Of a stretch of DNA of 64,000 nucleotides, positions 42,650 through 56,130 are shown piece after piece. The notes under the pieces were generated by a model. It saw only the letters and a list, made by a program, of their open reading frames with translations, did no database searches and was not told the origin of the DNA. The position numbers and the translations under genes are program-made. Each line of letters starts with the position of its first letter. Within the stretch, counting starts at the first letter, position 1. Source of the DNA: Raillietiella orientalis (Eukaryota); contig JAYWIR010000122.1 of NCBI GenBank assembly GCA_036172245.1, forward strand, positions 1 through 64,000, written 5' to 3'.

Positions 42650-45600
42650 GATTTCAAAATGCGAAGATCCCTAACCCATTCGTTTACTTAATGGATTCAG
42701 CTGTCAGCAAGTACCACTATGATTTAGTAGTCAGAAATATATATTGCTTTCTTTCCATCTCAAGGGATTTTCCTGTGCTATTTCAGTTTTCAGGTTGAGA
42801 GGAAGGGTGCACGAAATAAGTTTATCTGTTTACGAGCTATTGACCCTTCAGTTCTGAATTCCGTAGCGCCAGCTTCCATGTTTACTTATGTTGAATTGTA
42901 AATTCACTGAATTTTTTATCTGCAATAACACTCAATAGAAAAGCACCGAATCCAGCAATAACAGAACTATGACTTCTAGGATTCGTACTCCTCATGTACT
43001 GAAATAAGAATTTTTAATATGGTTAAGACAGTTTCATTACGAATTTCAATCTGATAAACTGCTTCTCATATTCGAAAAACATTCAGCGAAGCATTGGTCA
43101 ATCACGATCAAATTTGAAAACCGCCAAAATCAGAATGATGAAACTGATGATAAAAACTATTTTTTAGAAGGTTTCTCTTCATCAGCCTGAGCAACCAGCT
43201 TCCTTCTCCCTCGTTAATCTGAAATCCGCTCTGAGCACGGAACGCAAAGCGTTTCTGTACGGAATACTTGCATTCCATTGCAATTCAGGCGTCCTTTAAA
43301 CTTGAACCTGTCCAAAGAAGTCTAACAGTTATTAGGAGCAGCTTGTATCACTTCGTCAACAACTCGAGCTTATAAATGGAATTTTGCCCTAGAACTCAGT
43401 TCTTTGAGAAACGTGGCTACTCAAAAAAACTGGCAAGCTTCTGAATTTGAATTCTCTGCAACTAAAAGTATTTCAGGTAATACTTTTGCGCTTTTCTCAT
43501 GCTCAGGCTGCATGCTCAGTACATACGAATTTAACGCAGATTTATGAAGCATATGTGTATAATAATGCAGTATAAAGTATAGCTGCACAAGGGTACATAT
43601 GTGAGTATGCATATCTAGTGCGAAACAGTCATATAACATACGCTGCGCATAATTATATATTTATATGCACACGATTAAACAAATGAATGCAAGTCAAAGA
43701 TGAAAGAAATGTAATTTAAATGCACAGACACAACGAATGTTAAATTTGTTGGTATTTAACGTAGACATTTCTTAATTTCGAAAATATGTGAACTACATGT
43801 TTTATAGTGAGAGACGGCATGTTATCAGAGAGTCCTTCCAGCATAAAGTTACTCATCCTCTATCACCAGAATTTTGGATTTTATAGGTCCATTTCTGCTT
43901 TCGGAATTCCTTTGGGGGGTCAAAAACTACAAGGAAAGTTTTTTCAAAACGATCAACATTTCAAGCTGATTTAAGTTGAGTGCTCACATTTGAGATTACA
44001 AAATTCATTTCTGATTAAAATTGTAATTTTGTTAATACTTACTCGACGGTAATCCAATTGAGCGACAATCAGAAGAGGGCTGGACCTCTAATTCTGAAGT
44101 GCTACCTTGTAACATCATTCGATTCTTGGAATGTAGTCGTTATTTTAGCCTAAAGTTTTAGGTTACTTCGCTTGTTTGGTTGTAACAGTTTAGCTGTTCG
44201 AAAGGCACTCCTCAACATCGACCTGCACACAAGCAACCATCGGCAAACCTATAGAAACTGTAAAAGGTTCCAAAATCAAAGTTAATAAAACACGGAAGCT
44301 GTTTATGCATCACAATACTTAGCATCATGCTTCCTTGGATTTTCAGTAATCACTTAGAAAATTTAGTAGTTAGGGATAAATTTGCTTTTCCTTGCTTATA
44401 ATCCAATAGTTTTGAAAACCTTCAAGCAAATAATGGATCCACATCGGTTCTCCTGACATTTAGATGAACTGCTTTCCAAGGGCTAAAAGGTATTTCTGCA
44501 TCATTTCGGCCCCTTACATCACCATTTGTCTGCGTTTTCAATTCTTGAAATTCACCACAACCTTTCATTCAGCTCTTTCGGAAAATGCTGATTCACGGGG
44601 CATGTTCCATAGATATTATCCTTAGTACGTGGTTAGAATTCGAGTCTTTCAGAAAATCACAGTTCGATTACTGTTAAGTATTTTGAAGTGTTAAGATATT
44701 ACAATTTGTATGGATTTCGAAGTTTTGAGTTTTTTTCCAAAATATTTCAAATAAAATCATTCATTTGTTAACTGGAATTCTTCTAAAACATGCTTGATGA
44801 CGATTAAGTGCAGATTTTTCTGGTTTCCGTGTATCTGAAAGACGAAAAAAGCATTTTCAGTGCTTCTCTCAGAATCGAAAAGTGTTTTTATTAGATGAGT
44901 ATGATCAAAGGCAACTTTATTTTGAATAATTTTGATGTACAGTATAGGTGAAAATGCTTAAAATAGTATTGGTTCGATTTCTTTATTCCCAGAAGCACAT
45001 TTTCCCCTTTTCCGTAGCTCCGTTTGGCACCCTCACTTTCATTATTTAATCTTATCACTGAATGGATACCATCTGCCCATCATAGGCTTGAGGCGTTTTG
45101 AAACATTAAAGGCACTCGTTAAGCATGGGATATTTTCCTCCATCTGTTAAATCATGCTCCTACATGTTAAGGTGAGACCTTGACTGCTTATGAGCAAGCG
45201 TTGTTACACACTTTTCCATAACCCACTGTGCGGACTCTTTGGAACAAGAGTTCTTGCCATTCTGAAAGTCCCAGCGAAAACACAACTTGCAGGGGAATAC
45301 CGATTTACTCATTCAACAGGACAGTTTCTTGCCACAATTCCACAATATGATGAATAGTACATGTAGTCAGACATTACGATTGGTGGAGATTGCGACTCCT
45401 AGTCAGTGCATTCATGTTCTGATTGTTATTTTCAAGTATATCTTACTGTAAGATTATGCAAATGATGCAATCTGTTGCCTAACAAAGCTTGGTTGCCACG
45501 ACCAACTGAAGATCAGAGGCAGCTTATCCTTTAAACTCACAGGATCACATGCAAAATTCAGATCCAAACTTTATTTCTAGCTTTAAACTTTTCAGAGATA

Positions 45601-45700
45601 ATCGTGGTCCAGGATTACCAGAATTTTATAGGGTTACAAGCTGTCAGCATGATGTTTTCCACTATTTCTGTCTATACAGTATTGCTGTGCACACTAACAT
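42650..45700 (-). mobile_element. Decayed Ty1/copia LTR retrotransposon pol
   Basis: Motifs occur in copia order (integrase, RT, RNase H): WADGIHSVIRLNN...GIKKSN (FWAEA..A.YL.NR...G.KP) at ~45060; ICLKVFKT (CKWVFK.K) at ~44420; LVQVDVEECLSN (QMDVKTAFLNG) at ~44220; IPYRNALRS (VPYREAVGS) at ~43255; VLADS (QLAD) at ~42705. Confidence 0.6.
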
Positions 45701-48700
45701 ATTCAAACCATAATTACCATTCGGGACTGATTCTGAATTTTGTATGCACATTCAGAAACATGCAAACCCCTCCTGCTTTTTAGCTCTGAAGCGGGCCAAG
45801 CTAAAAGTGCCCTTCCAATCCAAATTCATGCAACCATTCCAAGAAAGCACGATCCAATTGACTTTACATAATACGCTCTGCTGCCAGATTTCAGATTCCG
45901 TTTTGTTTAATTCATTCATCTCACATCATAGTAAAAAACAACTAGGACGAAAAGGCTGGATAAAGTTGAACACAGCTGCCAGCTCGCAAAATCACAATGT
46001 TGTGAAAATCTATATTTTGCATCGTTCCAGGATTTCTCAGAAAAGCACAGTAGCAGGAAGTGCGCCGCTTGTGTTTCGTGCTGGATACCGCGTAGTTCTT
46101 TTTTCTTCTAAAGGGTGCATAGCATATTCACGTCAAATTGGCTTACTCTAAATAATGCTTTGAGATTCATCATCGACTTTCATGTTTGCGCGTTCACATT
46201 CGATCTATTTCTATTTTGGCGTTTTCCCAAAGATTTTCAGGATACTTTTGGGATATTTCTCAAAAGCAAATGCATGGCAGGAGGCGGATTGAGTCCCCAT
46301 GCATTTTATTCATTAAAGAACAGAGTTTGAATAAGGCTGAGTAGATAGTTGAAGTTGTATTTGCATTTCGCAACCTTTATTCTCATAGTTTGCTGGAGCG
46401 TTTGAGTTTCTCGATGAGGCTACTAGCTCGGATGTAAAAACGCTCAGACATAAACGAGAGAAAGTGCTGGATCTGCTTGTCTAGTTGAGACTACGTTTGT
46501 TGCCACTTTAGCTGAGTGAACCGCTGTCATTAAAGCGCCTCTGTGGCTGAGAAGATGGTTCCTTAACACTCTGAACTATCATATCATGAGTTATTGGCCT
46601 CGTAAAAAAAAATCAACTTTCTAAGGAACCATTCATTGCGAGAGAGGGGGGATTATCTTTCAGCCAACCTAAAAACGCAAGAGCGACCAAGGCAAAATTA
46701 ACCATCAAGGCAGATGGAAGCTGTATCTCCAAAGCTTAAATCTTCAGAAAATATAAGTTTAAAATGATTATTTCAAAACTTCGTATAACTGCACTGATTA
46801 GAACTACTCAAAACCGTGTCGCCTATGGAGGGCAACTGGAAGATTCGCTTCTTCTCTGTCACTGAGTAAATCAAACAAACTAGGACCAATAGAATCAAGT
46901 AGCTCTTCGCTGGTTTTCTTCAAATAGATACTTGATTCTAGTGCTCCCAATTTGTTTGGTTTACTCAGTCTCAGAGAAGAAATGAATCTTCCAGTTGTGA
47001 CATGGAAGTAATGATATGAATGCACATGAATCGCTGCTTCTGGTGAAACATTTAGCAACAAACATGGAGTAGTTCAGATCTCTGCAACAGCAGAATTGTT
47101 CCACTGTAGGAAAACAAACCAGTAATTAAGAACTTAGGAAAAAACAAGCAATATTTCCTTATTGCATGCTTCGTTTAGGTTAATCTCGTTACCATCAATG
47201 AAGCATCCCAAGAAAATGTGTAAGGAAGAATGCTGCAACGAATAAAAACTTCACATTTGGGAGCATCCTGATTATTTTGAAGTCACAGGTCCTTCAGTAG
47301 GGGTTGAGCTAGCATTCCTTTGTAGGTACATTAAAAGACACTATTTCGTCAAACCCGAGGAGTAATGCACAATTGAGGAGACCTCTTTAATGTAATGCAG
47401 ATTTTGAAGCAAAAAAGTTCGAAAACTAATTTTAGCTAAATCACCTTCATGAAAGTAATATACTCAACATTTTTGTGACTATGGAATATTGTAATGAAAA
47501 TTTTCCTATGATTGCCAGGTGCTACTAGTACATTTAAGAATTCTTTAAGGAAAGCAGTCACCTCGACTCGGCATTTGATACGCAAAAGTGGGAAAAAAAA
47601 GAAGAGAAATATCACATGGCTGAAGTGAAATATTATAAAACTGATGCAATCGCTCGTACTTACGATGAAAAAGTGCTTAACTCAATTTCTGTTCAACTCT
47701 TTAAAATCTTAATATTCATTACACTATTTAGCATAATGTGATAATCATCGTTACATGCTTTCTCACAATTTGCTCAGTGAATTTGTATTTGAAGAATAAA
47801 AACCTTTTAAAGAAACTCCTTTCAGCAAGAAACAGTATTGCTGATGGTTTATACGAAGTCATGGGGATAAAATTCTCATTCTCTAACTCCTGAAGGGGAT
47901 GCAGAAATGATAAACAAACGATTCTGAAAGGACGGAATCTAATACTATTTCATTATTCAGAATATATTTGTAGAAAATAATGAATTTTTTTAGCATAAGT
48001 TAAGTTATCATAAATATGAGGGCAAGCGAATGCTGGAATTTCCTAGCTAAATAGAACGCAGTAGAAACTATGAAACGTAGAGCGGATGTGTGTAGACGTA
48101 TGTCGTAGGAATGAAAGCATTTGAGCGAAATTCCAATGATCATACAATTGCAGTCACCAAATATTAATTTTTGCGGTTTCAACTGGTATAATCTAGAATG
48201 TGGCCAGGTTCTAAAGTATTCTGTAAGCAGAATGGGTTTTCAATGGCTAAGGATGCTTTCCTCAGCAAAGGTCAGATGGTAAACCTAATAAAAGATACAA
48301 CATAAATTCCAAGAATTAGAGGAATAGAAAAAAAACACTAAAACAAAAATAGGATACTGATCAAAACTCAAGACTCAAAAGAAAGAAAAGGTATCAACTT
48401 GAATTTGGTAATATGTCTGAATACGCTTTCATAATAAAAAACATGCACGTATAAGTGGAAGCTATTTCGAATTGCCGCCTTGCGAACAAGCTCGACAGCC
48501 TGTGCTTTTGGATAAAAATGACTAATTAAAGTGGTTGGTTTTTTTTCATGAAGTTATAAATGTGAACAGATTGTTGCGTACAATGCATTTTATTTCAGCA
48601 TAATTAACAATGGAGTTTTATTTTTAATTACGGGGGATCCTGAAGACATTTATCTGTGGATGTGAGATCCGTATGTTAATAAAAAGTGAATTCTTGAATA

Positions 48701-49199
48701 ACTTTTATGCATAAGTGAAAATTGTCATTGCCAGGCACTATTTATATCGAGTGGTATGTCCGTCATTCACGAAACAATGTGATAATCATCTTTTATAGTA
48801 TTAGTGAAAATTTCCGTTTTCTGAAAATGAATATTATGAGATAATTTAAGCCCAGCGTTCCCATATTAATCCATATTTCAGCATTTTTATCCATATTTGC
48901 AATTACTGCAGTAAGTATTGAGAAATCATCGCTATAAAAGAAACAGTTCGAAAATATACTTCGAAAATCAGGACAGTTCTTAGATCTAAATGGAATTAAA
49001 GACTTTTTAAAAAAGTTGCCTGCTATTATGTGTAAATGTAAACGAAATTTACATTGGAAATTAAGCAAAGAAAATAAAAGTAAACTAAAGATTATTGAAA
49101 TCTTACCAAACTTTAACAGTTGTTTAACATCTCAACAATGCATGTTGAATGATCCTTATTCCATTAACATTAGGCCACTTGATAAATTACAAGCATATG

Positions 49200-50450
49200 G
49201 TTTTTGCAGATAGTTGTTTTTTTCTCATGGAGTTATAATGTTCTCACATTAGTTTTGTTAACAGTACCACTCCATCATTCCAACATGTGTACCTGTCTTG
49301 GTCAACAAGGAACATGTTTTTCTCCAAATTCCATTTAATTTAAAAACATGTTTCACTGTTCCTGGGGCAAGCTCATGGCTGACTGGCTGTTGATAAAGAT
49401 TACGTTTACTGTTGTCTGCTTTCATATGATATTTCCTTTTTTTAATTTAATTTGCTGAACAGTATTTTTTTAATTACAGTAAGCATCAAAAACAATTCCA
49501 GGAAAAATGTACATCTCCACAGATAATGCTCCTTCTAGGAATTTCATTTGCATTTAGGCATAATAGCAAACAACTTTCTTAAAAAGTCTTTAATTCCATT
49601 TTAGATATAAAAGCTCTTCTGACGGGAGTTACATTCTTGAACTGTTTCTTTTATAGCAAATAAGCTTTATCAGTAGCATATAAATACATTGTTTAACAAT
49701 AACTGATTTCTTAATGAGTTAAGGAATCATTTGTCTTATATATCACTGTAAAAGTATTCACTATCAAGAAACTCTTACCATTCATTTTTTTTAAACAGAG
49801 TTCAGTATTTTATTTTTTTTAAAGAAACACATGTTGATTTAGTTCGAAATATATGAGTATAAAAACTAATCTATGTATGTTAACAACTAATGTGTACGAT
49901 GTTTCAACAGAAATAGTGTTTTAACTGGATTTTCCAACTTCAAAAAATGTCACAAAGTCCACGTATTTTGCAAAAAAATGGTATCATATAAACAGATGGC
50001 ATTCTTTCCCAATTTAACATTCTTTTGGCTAATTTGCTTTGCCTAGCAAGTAATCATTGTAGTAAGCATTCTGGCATTCTTAGACATGATTGGCTAAAGC
50101 TCAATATGATCATGATTGGTTTATGCTGTTAAATTATAATTTTTCCTGGTCTTCAATAAAACCCAGACTTTAGGAACATTTAGAATTCACCTTGTTTTCA
50201 AGTGGATAAAATGTTCTACACCTCAATTCTCCTGAATTACATTAGTTCAATGCAGTAATAAAAAGCTTCCCCCAAATTAACAATTGCCAAGAATTTGCAT
50301 TTCTGCACCCTTGGGACATAGTATGTTTGTATCATATACACTTCCAACAACTTTGCAATGTCAGTTGATTTAATATGTCCTTTATCCTGGATTATATCAC
50401 CTCTATTCCCTTTAAATTCTGTTTTGGGGATTGCTTTCATCAGGCATTTT
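49200..50450 (-). mobile_element. Decayed I/R1-like LINE with RT and RNase H remnants
   Basis: IAKLLE...FLAIVNLGEAF (resembling KLLE...VFLDL.KAF), then VIFINSQSAM (SDSQSAL) and GTHVGM (PGHVGI). Confidence 0.4.
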
Positions 50451-50836
50451 TCTAACAGTAATCTGGCTACTCATTAACTATACATCTAACAAGGTTTCAT
50501 GCTGTTATTCATTAACTGAGGAAAGAAAAGAATACTTTATTTTGACAATAGCATTATTCAAAATTGAGGTGATACAGAAATGTCAAGAATACTATTCTTG
50601 TTTTAATAGTTAAAGTTAAATGCTTAATGAAATACTTAATCCATCTTCCACTACAGACTGCTTTGTAGTGTCATTTAATTCAAAATTTCAAAGTCATGAA
50701 TGTGGACTTCAGAAATATAACATATCCAAAATGAATTTACTGTTGATAATTCTCAACTCTTTTATTTGAGTGATAACTAATACTACTGATATGACATGAA
50801 AGTACTCACATAACAGGATAGAAATGAAAACGATAT

Positions 50837-50874
50837 TTGTGATTATATAACAATAATTGTGATTATATAACAAT
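50837..50874. repeat. 20-bp tandem duplication
   Basis: ttgtgattatataacaataa followed by ttgtgattatataacaat. Confidence 0.8.
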
Positions 50875-51026
50875 GTATAAGGCTGTTTATTCAGTGACTG
50901 TCAAAAAATCCAATTGCAAAATGAAATTGCACATTTTTTCTAAACTGAAACTAACATGCAGTGATCAAATGCTTTCCAGTTGAAACTAATGCAACTTCAA
51001 AAATAAGCAAGATCTTCTGTCTGGTC

Positions 51027-53426
51027 TCAATAGAAAATGGATTTGACTTTGTGGAATGGAAATTTTTTCAATTCTTCTTGGTGTTTTCTTCTATAGTCCC
51101 AGAGGTAAAAATCAACAAAGATCGAATTTATGATATGAGATGGATCAGAAACCAGTTGTTTCAATTTATATACGACTTTTTCAACTGCATGAATAGAACA
51201 ACCTCTTATTTCTATTTCTTCAGAACAACCAGGAGATAATGGCTGATCTACAAAAGTAATGTTAAAACAATATGCTCCAAATGTGTTTTGTCTGCAATAG
51301 TAAACAAGTAATTAATCCCCAAATTTTTAGTACCAACAACTATAAAGAAAAACATGAAAAGGCAAAATCCAAAGGCAGACTGTTTTCCTATCTAGAAATG
51401 CGCTATACTCTTTGTTCCATAACATTATATTACTTCATATTTGCAAAACTGGTAGCATCACAACATGCATGAATGAATTCCAAGAGAAAAAATGAATCTT
51501 GTATAAGCAAACGGCAAAAGTACTTCACATAGCATGATACTTAGATACCATCATGTAGACAACAAATAACATAAAACTAAAAAATGCCCTCACTTGGACA
51601 AGGTACAGTTTTTGAATCCATAAAAAGCAATTTGCACAAGCATCAAGAAAACATGAAATTTTATGTAGATCTGTTGTGTTAAGTAACTATAAACTGCAAC
51701 TATACCAACTAGCAGTATGAGACCTTCATTATCAGTTTGAAAAGATATTTTCAAAAAGGTATCAACTTGCTAATAAACGGTTAATGAAATAATGCTTATC
51801 TTTAAGAGAATACAAAAATCCCTTGCAATCTCAGGAACAAATGTAAAAAAAAAATCTGCTTTATTTGTCACATACGCCTTGTTTCAAATGCTTTAATAAT
51901 TTCTATTTTCTACATACAGAACATCGGGACACAAATGCACATATTTGAACGCTTAGATTTACAGATGGTTTGGAGGCATACATCATGCACTGATTGCTCC
52001 AAAAATAACGAAATTCTTACAACCTTGAAACTTTCAAACAATTTTAGGAATAATAATGCAGATGCTTGACATTAAGAAGATACCAAAGTATACAACAATA
52101 ATAATAAATCAACAGGAAGAATGCACGAAGAACAGATTTCAGTGCAAAGACCACAATTTCAAGGTCTATTTTAAATGTAAGATTAAACACAAACTAAATG
52201 AATTTGAAGGCCAAAAAGCAATACACACATTAAAAAAATTGCAAAAATCTTAAAATATGCAAGACTTTTCATCTTGTTCGTTTCATTGTTTTGAATCACA
52301 TCAAGCATAATCACACAAATTTCCCTACACACAACTTTTGACTATTTGAAAATCACTTTCATACATCTCACATTACCTGAAAGCAAAGATTCTAGTAATT
52401 CTGTAGAATATGATAACGCACCAAAAGACAACAACACCTGCGGTACTCTGCAACATATCAATGTGACTGCTATCACACAAGATAACTCTTCACACAAACA
52501 AACCTATAGTCAGCAAACATTGTTAACTGGTCAATATCATCAAAACATCCTAATCCCTGTCCTTCAAAACAACACCAAAGGTCAGCAATCAAGATCTGTG
52601 CTTTCTTGTGAAATGCAACTGCAATTAACATTGCATGATGAAACAATATTATAAAACTCACCAACATAACCCTCATAAATGGCAGTGTCACAGAATGGAG
52701 GGAAGTCACTGGTTAGCACCTTCAGCAAAGCATCAGCACTATGCATACAAGAGTGTACACAAACACTAAATTTGCCTTCATATTTTTCAAGCAACTTTTT
52801 CCCTATCTGATGTAATGCATGACAAAACAAAAAAACTTCGCAGTATAGGATACCTGGTGCAGTACATGGCAACGCTCATTCAGCAAGGGGATATCACCTC
52901 CATCATCAGATTGAAGAATGAACTTAAGCTCTTGTAAACTAATTTTGGAATAAAAAGTGGCATCAGTGATTGGGATCCCTGCCTGTTCAAGTGAGAAATG
53001 TTCTCTTCGAAAGACCTCCTTACCTCAGATGCTTTATTTAAGGCAGCACACAATGCCATATATCCTGTGTATTGTTTATTCTTCCATGTTACTGCATATG
53101 ATTTGCATCCACTATTCCAGAAACAGAAATTCAAAGCATCCACTACAAAAAGCCACTCAGCTGCTTGATCACTTGCCACAATGGGATGAACATCGTTCTC
53201 CTTCCATGAATGCATGCCAAATTGATTCTTGTTCAAAGCTCGTAAAATCTACCAATACAAAGTAATACAATAGAACTATTCATGATGATGGATGTGCCTC
53301 ATTTCACAGTACCTCTCTGACAATAGCAGCAATGCCTTCATCTTGAATGTGGACATGGTGTGCTTGAGATGCTATCATATGAGCACCTTCTCGTGGATCC
53401 AATAAGATTGAGTACGTAGGACTATC
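51027..53426 (-). CDS. QNG1: Queuosine 5'-phosphate N-glycosylase/hydrolase (queuosine salvage protein, C9orf64/DUF2419); start codon probably in an upstream exon at 56093-56073
   Basis: Exons 53426-53313, 53248-53024, 52982-~52854, ~52806-52662, 52618-~52504, ~52447-52377 and 51247-51027. Peptides LLDPREG, WLFVVDALNFCFW, YTGYMALCAALNKA, GIPITD, AFHKKAQILIADLW, DIDQLTMFADYRVPQVL, EIEIRGCSI and NSIFVDFYLWDY...PFHKVKSIFY*. Confidence 0.93.
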
Positions 53427-53537
53427 CTGAAACCAAATTGTGAAAATTTGCAGTCAAAAATTGTGCATGCAGCAAAATGGGCAACTATTTATAAGAAAAT
53501 TTCCTTGACCCAAAATGCTGTTCTCTAATTTATCTAA

Positions 53538-53543
53538 TTTATT
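53538..53543 (-). terminator. Candidate polyadenylation signal of PLA2G15
   Basis: AATAAA on the minus strand ~40 nt after the PLA2G15 stop and ~110 nt before the QNG1 acceptor. Confidence 0.55.
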
Positions 53544-53581
53544 GCAAATTATGTTGACACAATAACAATTGTGAGCCACTT

Positions 53582-55909
53582 TTAAGTTTTTTCGTTTTCA
53601 AACTGTAAAAACAATGATCTCAAGTAACTGAGTACTAGTTCATTGTGCAATATTGTCATATGGTCCACACCATGGTATGTTTGATAATAAACTTTTTGTG
53701 GCTGTGTTTTCTTCCATTCTAGACATGCAGCTAAACTTCGCAAGTTCACAGTGCCATCACCATCTCCATAACTTATATAAGGATCTTTTCGTAACCATGT
53801 TCCAGCAGGATATTCCAACCTGAAAGCATGAAATGAATCACTTTATTTTCAAATTTATTTACTATAAATCGAAACACCTATTTATTGTTGGTAATCCTAT
53901 TCCATGAAGACAATGTACTTCCACTCCTGGTGCAGTCAGATCAGCTATCAAATGTTCAGTATCCTTCCTCATTTCCCAACCTACTAAATAATCCACATCT
54001 CTAAAAACCAAAACAATTGAAAGGCATAGAATCACTATGACTCAAAACATACTTAAAAAAACGTTCATAATCATTAACTGTATAGTTGAAAAATTCATTA
54101 GCAACCAGAACTTCATCTGATCGCCAGAACTTTTTGGAAGGCATCAAGAAAGAAAGACTTGGAGAAGAAATCTGCTGTATCTTAAGAGAATGCGCATTTA
54201 ATAAATAGACACCTAAATCATCACCTGTAAACACAAACCTCAGCATATGCACTATTGTCTGGCACTTACCAGCAACATATACTTTTAAAGCCTTAACAGT
54301 TCCAGCTAGACATCCATTAAGACTAACAAATGCTCGAATATATTTATCTTTCCATGACTGTTTCATTTGGTTCAAAAAAAACAAAGTAAATGCTGAACCC
54401 ATGCTATGGGAAATTAAAGTAACTCGAACATTTTGATTTTTTTCAAATGTAGTCTCAATAAGCATTTTTAAATTGTCAAAGAATTCTGAATGTTCATCTG
54501 GAAATATGTGTGATCTAATGTAAACTAACAGATGTACATAATTGGAAAAAATGAATGCATACTCATTTTCAATACAGCATGTGAAAAGAATGAACAGTGA
54601 AAAGTGGAATCACAATAAAGTTACTAGATGAGAATCCAAACTTACTAGGAGCTTTCCTAAAATCAAATGGTGCACCATGCAAGTGAACTCCTCTTACATA
54701 CTTAAATTCTAGCAATAATTCTACTATGCTATTAAGGTACTTGCTAAGAAAAATCTGACTAGGATCAAGATATTCTATAGTGGTTGTATTTCCAAATCCC
54801 GGTACATGTATTGTGACACCTGGTGTATTTGATGTTGTTCGTGTTACATTATTGTAATACAGCCTCATGTTATCAACCTAAAATTTGTCTCAGAAAAGTC
54901 ATTCTACAATTTATTAGACAGTATCAAAGGTAAGATACAATTTGCAACATCCTTAAAAAAATCCACTATAGCACTAATTTTGAAAAAATTAAAATTATCA
55001 TGATCTTCATAATTTGCATCAAAAATAACCACTTACAAGGCAATCAATAACATAAGGAACCAAAAGCTCAAGGTTCAGCCATAAATCAAAATAATATGAA
55101 CTTTGCTTTTGGCAGAAATAATGTACAGAAGTTGATTTACTCAAATAAGCTTCCAGCTGACTTCCTCCATCACCTGGAACTATAAAAAAGACCAGTTTAT
55201 ACTCACAAACATACCCAAAGGATTTGCGAGCAAATACCAAATGAACAGAATTAGCATTTAACATTCATAGGCATAAGAAGTTTGGTAGACTTTGTAAACA
55301 TTATATATTTACAAAGTCTACTTAACTTCTGAATCACAATACACAGACAGATACAAAACTAACGAAATTATAAGTAAAAGAATAACAAGAAAAAAACAAA
55401 TGAAAACTTTAACGAGCATTTCAAGTACAATTAGTTAAAAAATGAAATTGCTGTCTTATGCTTCCCTCAGTATCTGAAACCTACCTGAAATAGGAAACTA
55501 TTGAATGCAATGAATTGACAATGAGCATTGATTGCAATAACAAAACACTTATTCCCAAAGTAACTGTCGTTACGTAACAAATTAACTTTTTAAGTGTACA
55601 TGCTTTACTCTTGTGGTTGCCATCATTCTAGAGTTCATATTTATTGTACAATTATATATTTACACAGCATACTGTATCTAAAATTCAATGTTTGTGTATG
55701 AAATATGTAGAGGTACACACTCTACACTTGGAATCCACAATTCATATAGCATCTTTTTTTAACTAGCAATAACAAAGTATACTGTAGTTCGAAGATGCTT
55801 CGTGTTTATTTAACATACTATACTTACCAAGTACAACAGGAGAAATGCTCCATACATCCTTGTAAACACCAACAAAACAGAGTGCTATAAGATAGTTACT
55901 CAGGCACAT
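53582..55909 (-). CDS. PLA2G15: Group XV (lysosomal) phospholipase A2 / LCAT family
   Basis: Signal-peptide-like first coding exon 55909-55828 (MCLSNYLIALCFVG...SPVVL), then VPGDGGSQLEA, WLNLELLVPYVIDC, VPGFGNTTTIEYLDPS, GAPFDFRKAP, catalytic SHSMG, APGVEVHCLHG, YGDGDGTVNLRSL and GVDHMTIL. The Ser/Asp/His triad motifs are intact. Confidence 0.92.
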
Positions 55910-56072
55910 TCTCAAATACTACCCATAGTCTAACACACACTGTAATCTGCTAAGAAAAAATCAATAACTATTTGATAATTGCAGTTTTTAATAAACCGGC
56001 AATTTGAAAACGGTATGAAGCTGCAAAAAACAACTTTAGCCCAATCATTCCTAGATGGCCAATGGGACGTAC

Positions 56073-56130
56073 CCTGCTGCTTACACAACGCATATTGGCA
56101 ATAGAACCACATAAAAATATGCGATGCAGA
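56073..56130 (-). other. Candidate first exon shared by PLA2G15 and QNG1
   Basis: Ends in the donor AGG|GTACGT at 56073/56072 and contains ATG CGT TGT GTA AGC AGC AGG (MRCVSSR, phase 0). The 5' boundary is approximate. Confidence 0.55.

Noticed and set aside
46800..47300. Possible DIRS-like RT/RNase H remnant (FLGCFID...)
   Set aside because: Only a single weak motif.
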